DNA from: Aplysia californica
Taxonomy: Eukaryota
Assembly (NCBI RefSeq): GCF_000002075.1
Contig: NW_004798124.1
Coordinates: 181,952-245,951, forward strand
Direction: 5' to 3'
DNA: 64,000 bases
Shown: one piece after another, positions 25,711 through 38,715 of the stretch
Position numbering within the stretch: the stretch's first letter is position 1
Layout of the letters: the number at the start of each line of letters is the position of its first letter
Made by a program: the position numbers and the translations under genes
Notes under the pieces: generated by a model
Database searches by the model: none
Told to the model about the DNA's origin: nothing
What the model saw: only the letters and a program-made list of their open reading frames with translations

Positions 25711-28700
25711 TAAAAAGGAAGTGTGAAATAAAAAAAGAAGTAAAGTTACGAGTGGATGTTCGATTCTATCTTTAGACTTTGTTTTACTTAGGGGCTCTCG
25801 TTTTAAGAGTACATGCACATTCCATAGGATGCAAACGGTGTCCTTTTTTCTTTTTTTTTTAGTTCTCTTTTTTAGTTCTCTTGTTAAATACATATGTATT
25901 CATATCCTTGATTAAGACCTGTAGATGCATGTGTGAGCCCAAAGATCGACGTGATAGGAGATTCTATCGATGATCTAATGCGTTGTACTTCTTTAGCCTT
26001 TCAAGATTTGATTTGTTTTATTTCCAAATCAAAATGAAAAAAACTACACATAATTTATTATTTTTCATTCGTTTATTCACAGGTAAACTACATTGATTGC
26101 GGTCGATGTTTGGGTTGAAATCGCCGTACTCGGCAGATGACGGACAATGAGTGCTAATAAACTCAATAGACGTCATCACGAAAAGCTACTACAATACAAC
26201 AGCCTCATCTAGATGCTGAAGAAACGGAAGGCAATGGAATCAGTCGCCTAAATGTCACAGACCCAAACTTTACAGAAAGGTGTAGTGGCGTAGATACAGA
26301 ACATCCCAAAGTAGCCCATGCGTCGTATCTGATTAAATCAGAGAATTCCAAAAAGTATACAACCACGCCTGAGATCCCGAAGAATTCGAAAATCCATCCA
26401 TGGAAGATGTAGGACTAACAAAAGCTGTTTCTAAGTATCGCTCGGACATAATAATACTAATATTTATAACAATAATACTGATTAAGGGACCGTTCTTTGA
26501 CGAAACGTTCTAAAGAGCCCAGCTTCGTCTAAATAAATTTGTCCGTTTCTAAAGTAAAAACAAAGATTTTCTTGTAAAATCTGTGTATTTGAATTCTCTG
26601 CTGTTATAATTGGATAACCAGTCCGAAAAAGCACATTATGTTATACTGTAGTGTCTTAGCATGTTTTCAATTTGACAAGTTTGTGGAAGTTCATGTTTTG
26701 ACACAGAGTCTAGTCGAATATTGTCTTGCTTACCAGCCACCAGGTCTGATAAAAGTATAGTGGGGAGAATAAATAATAAGGACGGGATGCAATATCGCAT
26801 CAGAACGCATTACTTCATAAACAGTCTGTCTTTTCGGTTATCGAACTAATGTCTTCTGCGAGCAGTTGCAAAGACCCTTTAACCGTTACACCAGAGTCTT
26901 TGGTCCTCGAGTCCTTTGACTTTGGGATTTATAGCAGTAAACAGGGTATCGGAGGAGGCAAATAGAGATTGGAAGACAGTGTGTATGTATGTGACTGTGA
27001 GAAAGAGAGAGGGAGAGAGACAGTTGAGGTAGATATAAAAAGGAGAGATGGAAAAAGAGATACTAAAAATGGGAGATAGAGATAGAGAGAGAGAGAAAGA
27101 GAGAAAAAGAGATAAACATGGCCATAGCAATAAGGATGTCAACCGTGTTTAAAATTAGGTTAAACATAACAAGAAATATAATAGGGCTCTACAAATCTGA
27201 GTGCAATCTCCGGAGACTATGGGCACACCTCTCTAGATAATATAAAGGAGTTTCTCAGCCCCAACCTTTAATACCATCGTTGTTTTTTACATAAAGGTCC
27301 TGGGGAGACTCTTTTTTTTAAAGGTTTGATTTCCTTAGCTCACTTTAAGACTCGGAATATATGCAGTTCAGAGCGACGGGCTAACTTATTNNNNNNNNNN
27401 NNNNNNNNNNNNNNNNNNNNNNNNNNNNNNNNNNNNNNNNNNNNNNNNNNNNNNNNNNNNNNNNNNNNNNNNNNNNNNNNNNNNNNNNNNNNNNNNNNNN
27501 NNNNNNNNNNNNNNNNNNNNNNNNNNNNNNNNNNNNNNNNATCGGAGTAATAGTCAATTAACAAAAATTGTTTTGCCATTTCCTTATAACAAATACGTTT
27601 TTGTAAGAGGTTTACAGCATTGCAAAACAATTAGCTTATATAAGGTTCGTAAGGTAAATAAGCATTGGAAGATCATATAGAAGTTATAAAGGGCCAGGCC
27701 ATCTCCATCTCCCATATGGGCCAACCAAGTGGATGAGGAACCTGAAAAATTCCACAAAAATAATAAAAAATCAAATAAAAGCTTTAAAACACGTTGGTTT
27801 ATTAAATAGTAGTTTGAGACAATGCCTGCTGAACTGTCATCCTCTCCCCCCATCATCCCCTTATCTCCCTCTTCTCTCCTTTCCAATTCCTTTTGGAGGA
27901 AAGGGCAGATTTTGAAAAAAAGTTAGATTCCTTTTGATTCAGAAGCTACCAGTTACGTATTTCTTTTTATTATGCGTAGTACTATGTTAGCCACTAAGTT
28001 CAAACCAGAAAGTAGGCTATTGCTAGACATATTAGCGTTTTCTTAGCCACCCTGCTGATTTGAACAGAGTGTTACACCCTTGTGCCACGGTGAGGCCCAG
28101 TACTTCCGACTTTTACAAGGGAGGGAGTGGGGAGGGGCCGTTTTGAGTTGTGGAAGACAAAATAAAAAGTAGTTTTATCATTGAGAAAAAGAAATACCAT
28201 GTATTGTTCTGAAGTTTAGTTCCATGCCTGATACCTAATGAAACCGTTGCGGTAATAAGAACCCAAAACTAGGCTATAGGATGAAAATAAAGACACTTTG
28301 TAAAAGTTAAGAAGAAAATATTAAAGGTCACTGTGCGTGTTTATATTGTCAGCTCAATAAACGTAATTCTACATTCACAAGCATCTGCCAAAAAAGTATA
28401 GATTTTTTCACACAATCATCTTGTGAAGTGACCACCAAAAAAGTCCAATTTTACATTTTGGTTAAATTTACCAACATTTATCAAAAAGAAATATTTATAT
28501 ACAAATCAAGTAAAACATAGTTGTTTATCACCAGAAATTGCATTAGTGCGTATAGAGTTGGATAGCAATAAATCTTATAAGGAGAAAAGTAAGAACAATC
28601 ACACTATCAAGAGCCTAAACAAAACAATTAAAATGAAACCTCACCTGGTCCACATAAAGTACATCATTGTTTGGATCTACAAAGTGTTGAAACATTGTGT

Positions 28701-29361
28701 TTGGAGCGAGGTTGCCACAAAACTCAAGAGAATGAGAGACTTTAAAAAATAGAATCTGTCAACGAACACAGTGAGCCAAACGGAATTCATCTAAATGGAA
28801 AGAAATGCGAAATGACAGACTCATGCAAATGCAAAGATGTTATATTAACATATAGAAACTAACGAATGAATATGAAAGGAAATAGGAAATAGAAACACCA
28901 ACACTCCTTAAGGAGCATAATGATAATGAACCTAAACTATGTTGAATGCATCAAATAGAATGATTCATCATAGAAAGATATTCTAAAAGCAAAGGTAAAA
29001 AGCAAAAGAGGAAGGAATTGGCTTAGCAGAAGATGGGAGTTGTGCTCAGAAACATGGTATGGAATTAAAACAATTCAGGCATGGACAATAACAGCAGTCA
29101 GAATGTTTGATTGCAGAAAAGAAAGGTCCAAGAAGCAGCGTCCATCAACTCAAAAAGCTAAACAGTAGAAGACAAGAAAAGACAGGGTGGACGTGAGGAG
29201 GAGGACACAAGAGAGGGAAGAGAACAGGGAGGGGGGGTCTGGTAGGGAGGTAGTTGTTTCTTAGCTAGAGGTAAAGCACATTCACCGTTACAGCTTCGTT
29301 GAAACGGTCAGTCTGCACCAGTTTCGGACAATAAGGAAACGCACTCGAGTATGTCAGCTTC
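24531..29361 (+). repeat. Long direct repeat, copy 1 of segment B
   Basis: Near-identical to 35508-40910 apart from a few SNPs and indels. It lacks the sequence at about 37920-38235 and 40038-40280. Confidence 0.92.
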
Positions 29362-29961
29362 CTCCACACACAACTTGTCAGCAGGCTGTGGTGGCTGTGG
29401 AGAGAAGGCAGGCAAGCATTCCTCCGAGCTCGAGCTATAGGATTGGACCTCTTGATCGCCGCTTGTTGCTCTACGGAACGGCGGCCTGTTGATAAGATAC
29501 TGACCTGCAAGGCCATACGAAACATGGATGACTGGTGTCCACGTAACACGATACGTGGAGGCCTCTACAGTGTGACTCGCGCAATCATCGTGGCAGCTTT
29601 CCGGCTGTCCAGAGTCCGACTCGCTCTCATAGTTGGAGGGGAGCGAGAGGTGTAGGTCTTCGTCAAGGAGGCCTGACGGTAGGTGCATTGCCGGTGTTCC
29701 TGTGGAACCGTCTCTACTGAAAATAGAATACTCACTGGGTGAGTCAGACAGTTCTGCACCTGTATGGTTTACCTCGTGGTCCTCCAATCTGGCTTGATCA
29801 CCACGAGGGCATTCGGCAAGGTTTTCGTTCAGCTGGCTTGAGCAGCTGCTATCCAGGGAGAGATGGAGATCTTGAGAGTCTCCTGAGTGCAGCTGGCCGC
29901 TGCTTTCTTCCCTGCAACAGGAGGAGAAACAAGACAAGAAAAGTTTACGTATACGCTTCAT
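29308..29961 (-). CDS. Intronless 217-aa orphan ORF, Ser/Asp/Glu-rich and probably disordered, with a basic, Cys-rich N-terminus
   Basis: ATG-to-stop ORF in a GC-richer island within AT-rich DNA, with a G at -3 of the ATG. N-terminus is MKRIRKLFLSCFSSCC and there is an internal repeat (QDLHLSL / EDLHLSL). No family recognised. Confidence 0.5.
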   Translation of the reverse strand: MKRIRKLFLSCFSSCCREESSGQLHSGDSQDLHLSLDSSCSSQLNENLAECPRGDQARLEDHEVNHTGAELSDSPSEYSIFSRDGSTGTPAMHLPSGLLDEDLHLSLPSNYESESDSGQPESCHDDCASHTVEASTYRVTWTPVIHVSYGLAGQYLINRPPFRRATSGDQEVQSYSSSSEECLPAFSPQPPQPADKLCVEEADILECVSLLSETGAD

Positions 29962-30903
29962 CGCTGGGCTTAAAACTAACCACCAGTCGTACTTTAGAAA
30001 AGAAGAGACTTACGATTGAGCCTTTGAGAGACTTTATTCCTCAATTCCTCACCGTCTTTCTCTTTCTCTCTTTATTTACCAATACAAAGAGAACAAGTGG
30101 TGCAAACACTCAAACAAAAGCGTCGTAAAACTCTAACAAAAAAACCCCAAACAAACAAACAATCAAACAAACTTAAACAAACAAACAAACACACAAACAA
30201 GCAAGCAAAAAAGCTCAACTAAACAATGAAATAACCAAAAACCAAAACACTCAAATACGCTTATGTAGAAATTAAACGCACTACAAAAAGCACACAATCA
30301 AAACGGATGTTGAAAAATACAGGAACTTGAAAATAATCAAAACAGTGCAACTTTACTCAAACTTTGGGAACTTTGTGGATGCAAGAAATCTTTTTCTTCA
30401 CTCGGAATATGCAATCACGTCTTGCCGAAATCAATCACTCAAGGGGAACAATAGCCGTTACCAAGTGGCGTCATATTGTCACGTGACTGTGCTGGTTCCT
30501 AAGAGAATTTCTTCGGCGCTGAGCAACGATTCTTGTTTGGCTCTCAACTTGCTTTGTAATTTATTTTTACTTTTTAAAAACTTAGATCTACCCTTTATTT
30601 TTTGCTATCTATTTTGTATTTATCTATAGTAAAAAATTATTTCTACTTTTATTCTCATCTTTCTCTTTTTAGGGGTGGAAGGAGTAATCGATTTTTTATA
30701 AAAAATCACCATACTCACACTCATCTTCAAAATCGATTTCATGAATTCTTTTAAGTGCCTCTAAAGAAGGAGGCTGGATATGTGTGTTTAAAATACTCAT
30801 TTTAAAGGACGTTTTAAGACAGAGAGAAAATGGGAAAGAAAATAAAAACAACAATAGTCAATTTTACTTCCATAGCCCATTTCCACTAAGATAATGCTCA
30901 ATG

Positions 30904-33900
30904 TCATCATCATCATTGCCTTTCTCACCCTGCACCAGGGTATAGGCCACGGACAAACACGCTCCACTTTTCTGTATCCTGGGCTAGCCTCTTGATGTTA
31001 TTCCATGTCTTCCCACTTTTCTGTACATCGATTTCTGTGATTCTTCTCCAGGTTCCACGAGGTCTTCCACTTGATCTCTTGCCCTGTGGGTTCCAATCCA
31101 AAACTTTCTTTGTTATGCAGCTGCCTGACTTCCTGAGAGTATGTCCAATCCATCGCCACCGCCTTCTTCCTACCTCATCTCTGACTGGGATCTGTCTTGT
31201 TTTACTTAACACTTCCGCATTGGTGACCCTGTCTGTCCATCTGATCCTCAGTAACTTTCTTAGACACCTGTTCAAGAAAACCCCGATCCTCTTTATACAA
31301 GTCTGTGAAGCGTTCCATGCCTCACATCCATACAACAGGACCGACTTCACGTTTGAATTGAAAATCCTCAGCTTTGTTCGAAGTGACATATCTCTGGTCT
31401 TCCAAATCCTATAGAAGATATGAAAGCTGCCTGTGTGTTTCCAATGCGAGACTTTATTTCAGCACCTGTTCCTCCCTCTCTGTCAACTATGATCCCAAGA
31501 TAGCAGAAGGATTCAACGTTTTCTAGGGCCTTTCCTTCTATTGTGACCTGCTCCTTTCGTTGTGCATCTGTCCTTAGGGCCTTTGACTTTCCGGGGTGGA
31601 TCCTCAATCCAACAGACTCCGATAGGTTGTTTAATACTGAAGTCTTTGCTTGCATCTGTTGCTGGGTGTGCGACAGAAGCGCCAAGTCGTCTGCAAAATC
31701 TAGATCGTCCAACTGTGTCCATGGTGTCCACTGTATACCATTTCTGTGTCCTCTGGTGGTTTCCTTCATCAGCCAGTCGATTGCCAATATGAAGAGGAAC
31801 GGTGATAGTAAGCATCCCTGTCTCACACCAGTCTTGATATCAAAGCTGTCAGTGAGCTGTCCATCATGTACAACCTGCAACTTGTCCCTTCATACATGCT
31901 CTTGATGAGGTTCACCAACTTCTGTGGGATTCCGTGGTGTCGAATTATCTTCCAAAGTGTCGCTCGGTCTATACTGTCAAAGGCCTTCTCATAGTCAAGG
32001 AAGTTGACAATCAGCTGGGAGTTCCACTCCAGGGACTGTTCCACAAAAATCCTCAGCGTGGCAATCTGGTCGGTGGTTGAGCGATTTTTCCGGAAAGCGG
32101 CCTGTTCATCCCATAGCTTTGGATCCGTTCCTGTCTTGATTCTCTCCAGAATGATTCTGTTGAAGACTTTACCTGGTATTGAGAGAAGAGTAACCCTCTG
32201 TAATTGCTGCAGTTGCTGAGATCCCCCTTTTTTGAAGCTTCACAAGGTGTCCTTCTTTCCAATCCTTTGGGAACTTGCTCTCATTCCAGATCCTGGTAAA
32301 CAGTGGGAGGAGGATGTCTGCCGTCACACTGGCATCTGCTTTAAGGGCTTCAGGTGGAATCTGGTCGGGACCGGCTGCTTTACCTTTGTTCAGCTTCTTA
32401 ATGGCATCCAGAATATCTTGTTTTGAAGGAGCATCACAGCAGATAGGTAACTCATTTCTGGCTGGTAGCATGTTTCGTGGGTTACTCGGTGGTGGTCTGT
32501 TCAGGAGACTGTTGAAATGCTCTACCCATCGTTTAGACTGGGTTTCCTTTCCAAAAACGCTTTTCCCCTCTTGGTCCTTTACATGTACTTCAGGTTTCCC
32601 ATATTTTCCAGCAAGTGTCCTTGTTGTCTGGTAAAGGATTCGCATGTGCCCTCCTATCGCTGCTTCCTCTGCCTTCTCTGCTAGCTTGTTCATGAATTCC
32701 TCCTTGTCTTTTTTTATTGATTTTTTCACATCTTTAGCTGTTATCCTGTACTGCTCCAATGCATCCGCTCTTGATCCTCTTGTTCTACTTGCATTCGCTT
32801 CTGCCTTCCCCTGTCTTCTTATCCTAATTAAATCCAATGAGTGTTGGCTAATCCATTCCTTGTGCTCCCATTTCTTCCCACCGAGTATTTTTTTGACACG
32901 TTGATGTAAAGACTTTTTTGACCTTGGTCTAGTGTGTATCCACCTCCGTGTCCTCACTGCCAAGATCAGTCAGAGGTTGAAATCTGTTACTCAGCGGCAG
33001 CTGAAACTCTTCTCTCCTGTGTCCGTCTAAGACACTTACTTGGAACTTGGTTCTTTTGATTCCTGTGCTGGTTCCGTGTTTTTTGAGTCGAAGCTTGAGT
33101 TTTGCCAAAAAACAGATGATGATCCGATCCAACATCTGCCCCTCTCTGTACTTTGACACCTTCCAGTGAACGCCTGAACTTACGAGAGATACAAAAATGA
33201 TCTATCTAGTTCTCTGTCACTCCATCTGGCGAAACCCATGTGGCCTTGTGGATCCTCTTGTGGGGAAAAACAGAGCCTCCAATAACAAAACTGTTGAAAG
33301 CACATATATTTGCGAATCGCTCCCCGTTCTCATTCATTAGTCCCAAGCCATGTTGCCCCATAATTCTTTCATACCCCATGCTGTCCTGACCAATCTTGGC
33401 ATTGGCATCTCCCATTATGATGTTGACACCCTTCCTTGGTAGTTTATCGATGACCCCCTGGAGCTGGCTGTAAAAGGCATCCTTGTCTTCATCCGAAGCA
33501 TCATTTGTTGGGGCGTAGATCTGTACTATATTCATGTTGATGCTCTTGCTCCTTGAAGTGAATGAAGCCATGATGATCCTTTCCCCGTGTGGTTCCCATC
33601 CTCTAAGTGACTTCTGTGCATACTTACTCAAAATGATTCCCACTCCTTCCGCATGGTAGCCTACCTGTCTTCCCTCCCAGAATACAATACTTGTTCCCCC
33701 GAGCTGAGCTGCTTCTGTCCAGACTGTATTCAGTGTGTTTCGCTGACCCCTAGTATGTGCAGCCCGTATCTCTTCATCTCTTGTACTACTTGAGAAATCT
33801 TTCCTGTTTAATACAAGGTGCCAACATCCCACGACGCAATCCGGAGAGACTTGTTGGACAGAGAAGGTTTCGGGTCAGAAGAGTCCTTTCGGCTTTGTCC

Positions 33901-34160
33901 GCTGTCCTTCATTGTTCCTGCTGATGCAGAAGCTCCTCCGTCTCCCAAGATCGAAAGATAAAAAGCTGTGTTTGTCCGTGTTTCTGTAACTTACTGTTTT
34001 TTACTGGGTTGGGTAGTTGGCCCTCCGCAAACTGGCACTTTTCGGGCCACCAGACCTATGCACTTTTAGTCGCCTCTTACTCTTACGACACACAGTATCA
34101 CGCAAGGTGTATTCTTTGCTCCCCCATAGTAAAACTACAGGGCCCCCCACCAGCAGGGGG
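30904..34160 (-). mobile_element. RTE-clade non-LTR retrotransposon, near full-length, frameshifted
   Basis: ORF start at about 33912 (MKDSGQSRKD...RIASWDV). AP endonuclease motifs QIYAPT, MGDANAKIG and HKATWVSPDG; RT motifs KAAGPD, DYEKAFDS, GVRQGCLLSP and DFADD; RTE C-terminus WIGHTLRK...GRPRGTW. The 3' tail is (ATG)n at 30904-30916. Several frameshifts and stops. Confidence 0.93.
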
Positions 34161-34481
34161 AAAACGTCTGTAATAACGATCATTTCTCTCCTCTTCCTCC
34201 CTCCCACCCTAGTTGTTTATTCGTTAAGATTATTATTTCATTTATAAATTAAGACTTTACTTTTACTTTGGTTTAACTTTACATTTCTCTTTTTTGTCCG
34301 CGGGGGGAGGGGGGGGGGGGCAAAAAAACAGAGGATTACAGTGTTCCATGTTATGACTATCAGTGCACTCACAAAACAGTAAAAAACTGTTGAGTGTCTA
34401 GTGAGTGCATTAAGGTGGTGTGTCAGATAATGAGTGTAAAAGACGATTTTAAAGGATAATAATTATGGAAGAGAGTGAAAA

Positions 34482-36687
34482 TAGTGGGGCCGCTTAGCAA
34501 ACCTATTGTGCATTTTGTGATACAAGCACCAAATTTGACACATATTATGTACATTAGCATATTGCAAACATTTTCAGATATTGGGCCACTCGGATTTCTC
34601 TCTTAATGTCCGCCATATTGGATTTCAAAATGTCCGCCAATTGAAATCTAAATTTGCTATTATCTCTGGGTCAAATGCTGCTATTGACTTCATTTTGGCG
34701 TTTAAATGTATTTTGGGGGGTCAAGGAATCAAACGGTAACAATCTGCATTGCATTAGATCATACCCACTATGCTAGGTGGATACCAGTGCACCTGAAGAA
34801 CATCGCCGACTTCACTACCAAACACCCAGACGTAGCCGGGAAATTTAGTGAAGGCCATTTCAGAGTTGAGAAAACTCAGAGGGTGTTCTCTTCAATCCCC
34901 ATTGACCAGGCACATTAGCAGAATAATGCCTGCATCAAAGGAAACGGCGGCGCAGTTGGGCTCACTGACATTCCTAAAGCCCTTCGTCGCTGGGTGGTTG
35001 CCAGACCAGAAATTGCTAGGGTGGTCGAAGAATTCCAGGACGGGAACCAATACTGGAGACGGAAAACAGCAGACACACGTCACATGATCAGACGCCAAGT
35101 GTACAGGCCTCATTTGTGAAAGATGTTCGCCCTCTCGTCGGTGTCATAGAGGAATTGAGCACCCCATTCGAGGAGGAGAGTCATACTGGACTCAAAGGAC
35201 ATCGCAGGTCCTCCTGCCGTGGAGACGGTGATGAATACCAAGAGGATTGACCAAGAACAGTACGAGGCTTTCACCAGAGAATGTCTGTTGGACAGAACAA
35301 AGGCGGTGGACGACCCCATTCCTTGTAACAAGCTGAAGGTGTTTAGATTCTAACACCTCCACTCCCAGAAACAAGAGCAAATGTTAGCAACAGCTCGCCT
35401 CCGTCAAAAATTATCGTGAACTCGTCGCACGCCTGTACATTGGCTGGCAGACGAGGGATGGAAACCTTGAGGAGTTCTTTCGTCACGACAACCAGGCATG
35501 TCCTCCTGTACTGTCTGCAGGTGGGAACTTCTTCACTTGTACCAAGAATGATCTCATCACATGCTAGGAAGAAGTCTCCGACCCCAGGAGGAAACTCTTC
35601 ACAAGGAAGAACGATGTGCAGCTGATCCCCCCGACGAAGGCAGCTTTAGAGGAACACGTCAAGAGTGGAGTGTATCAAGGTGGACATGTGTGGGGTCAGA
35701 TACTTTTGCCAGCACCAGAGCTCCCTCCACCAACCAACTGGGGTTGATCAATGACTGGAGGACAGTGCACACCATACTTGAGCAGGCTACATGAGGCAGC
35801 TCACAGCTGCATTGAGCTGGGGGGGGGTTAAAGTGCCATTTATGGTGTGTGAGGCTCTGCAAATGCAAGAAAGCTGTCCTCTGTGTGTGAAGGGGACTGC
35901 ACATGGCGATGAGTCCACAACATAGATGTACTTGTGGCAGTGCTGAACTTGTTAACATGACACTGTTATGTAAACGTATCTCCAGTACCGATATCTAACT
36001 AGCCTCAGATACCAGACCATTGAAGAATGAGGGTATACACCTAGCCTCAGAAATTAGACCATGTAGCATGTCAGAATTGTACCTAAGACATTTACAGACT
36101 TAAGACTTTTACACCCATTTAATATGCTTTCAAATATGAGTCGATAGTGCCGTGAAACTCCTACTCAATCAAGCAATCAATCAATCAACATACTTTCATA
36201 TGATCATTCTTTTCAAAGTGTCGTGTTCAAACTAACATTTTCCAAGATCAGTTTATATAACAGAGTGTGAAAGATAACATTACGTTGAAAATGATGCCGT
36301 TGGATTGTTCATTGAATTGTTCATTGGATTAGATTCAAGCATTAGAATTTTATATTTGTTCTTTTGGTTTAGATTTGTGCATTAGAATTGTGCATTAGAT
36401 TGTGCATTGGATTGAGAAATAGATATCATTGGATTCATTGACCCAAAAAAACATACATTTAGACTCCCAAATGAAGTCAATAGCAGCATTTAACCCAGAG
36501 AAAATCGCAAATATAAATTTCAAATGGCGGCCATTTTGAAATCCAATATGGCGGACATAAAGAGAGAATTCCTAGTGGCTCAATATCTGAAAGTGTCTAT
36601 TTTATATTAATGTACATTTGTGCCAAATTTGGTGCTTGTATCACAAAATGCACAATCCTTTTGAAAATTTGGGCTAAACCGCCCCTT
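34482..36687 (+). mobile_element. Academ-type (AcademX-like) DNA transposon, internally deleted and non-autonomous
   Basis: Imperfect TIRs of ~250 bp (GGGGCCGCTTAGC...ATTGTGCATTTTGTGATACAAGCACCAAATTTG vs its reverse complement ending GGGCTAAACCGCCCC). Broken transposase remnants DHTHYARWIPVH, FSSIPIDQAH*QNN, IPPTKAALEEHVK and a Cys-rich C-terminus (CKCKK...C). Superfamily assigned from recalled motifs. Confidence 0.72.
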
Positions 36688-38063
36688 TGAAAAGGAAGTG
36701 TGAAATAAAAAAAGAAGTAAAGTTACGAGTGGATGTTCGATTCTATCTTTAGACTTTGTTTTACTTAGGGGCTCTCGTTTTAAGAGTACATGCACATTCC
36801 ATAGGATGCAAACGGTGTCCTTTTTTCTTTTTTTTTTAGTTCTCTTGTTAAATACATATGTATTCATATCCTTGATTAAGACCTGTAGATGCATGTGTGA
36901 GCCCAAAGATCGACGTGATAGGAGATTCTATCGATAATCTAATGCGTAGTACTTCTTTAGCCTTTCAAGATTTGATTTGTTTTATTTCCAAATCAAAATG
37001 AAAAAAACTACACATAATTTATTATTTTTCATTCGTTTATTCACAGGTAAACTACATTGATTGCGGCCGATGTTTGGGTTGAAATCGCCGTACTCGGCAG
37101 ATGACGGACAATGAGTGCTAATAAACTCAATAGACGTCATCACGAAAAGCTACTACAATACAACAGCCTCATCTAGATGCTGAAGAAACGGAAGGCAATG
37201 GAATCAGTCGCCTAAATGTCACAGACCCAAACTTTACAGAAAGGTGTAGTGGCGTAGATACAGAACATCCCAAAGTAGCCCAGCGTCGTATCTGAATAAA
37301 TCAGAGAATTCCAAAAAGTATACAACCACGCCTGAGATCCCGAAGAATTCGAAAATCCATCCATGGAAGATGTAGGACTAACCAAAGCTGTTTCTAAGTA
37401 TCGCTCGGACATAATAATACTAATATTTATAACAATAATACTGATTAAGGGACCGTTCTTTGACGAAACGTTCTAAAGAGCCCAGCTTCGTCTAAATAAA
37501 TTTGTCCGTTTCTAAAGTAAAAACAAAGATTTTCTTGTAAAATCTGTGTATTTGAATTTTCTGCTGTTATAATTGAATAACCAGTCCCAAAAAAGCACAT
37601 TATGTTATACTGTAGTGTCTTAGCATGTTTTCAATTTGACAAGTTTGTGGAAGTTCATGTTTTGACACAGAGTCTAGTCGAATATTGTCTTGCTTACCAG
37701 CCACCAGTTCTGATAAAAGTATACTGGGGAGAATAAATAATAAGGACGGGATGCAATATCGCATCAGAATGCATTACTTCATAAACAGTCTGTCTTTTCG
37801 GTTATCGAACTAATGTCTTCTGCGAGCAGTTGCAAAGACCCTTTAACCGCTACACCAGAGTCGTTGGTCCTCGAGTCCATTGACTTTGGGATTTATAGCA
37901 GTAAACAGGGTATCGGAGGAGGGATTTGTGGTCCACCTTTGTAGCAACCAGATCTATGTGTTGTTGGTTTCTAAAAGGAAAAGTTGGTATACTGCAAGGA
38001 GAAAGAAAAGATTCTAAAACATCTCTCTCTGTATGTCTTTTTCCTTCTCACTATCTCATTCAC

Positions 38064-38158
<95 letters not shown>

Positions 38159-38159
38159 G
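38064..38159. repeat. (TCTG)n microsatellite
   Basis: Read directly; also at 52266-52335 and 55237-55290. Confidence 0.95.
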
Positions 38160-38358
38160 AAATAAAGAGACATTTGAGTTAGATATAAACAAAGAAAGAG
38201 AAATAGAAAAAAGAGACAGTAACAAATAGAGAATGAGACAAATAGAGATTGGAAGACAGTGTGTGTGTATGTGACTGTGAGAAAGAGAGAGGGAGAGAGA
38301 CAGTTGAGGTAGATATAAAAAAGGAGAGATAGAAAAAGAGATATTAAAAATGGGAGAT

Positions 38359-38437
<79 letters not shown>

Positions 38438-38658
38438 TAAACCTGGCCATAGCAATAAGGATGTCAACTGTGTTTAAAATTAGGTTAAACATAACAAGGA
38501 ATATAATAGGGCTCTACAAATCTGAGTGCAATCTCCGGAGACTATGGGCACACCTCTCTCGATAATATAAAGGAGTTTCTCCGCCCCAACCTTTAATACC
38601 ATCGTTGTCTTTTACATAAAGGTCCTGGGGAGACTCTTTTTTTTAGAGGTTTGATTTC

Positions 38659-38715
<57 letters not shown>
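38659..38715. repeat. (CTAT)n microsatellite
   Basis: Read directly. Confidence 0.95.

Noticed and set aside
26084-26415. Exon-like segment after a strong acceptor (TTATTCACAG), duplicated at ~37047-37375
   Set aside because: Stops in all frames near the acceptor and a frameshift between the two copies; no recognisable product.
28500-29200. A-rich tract possibly a decayed LINE ORF (also 39700-40620)
   Set aside because: Only a faint PGP-like motif; too degenerate to call.
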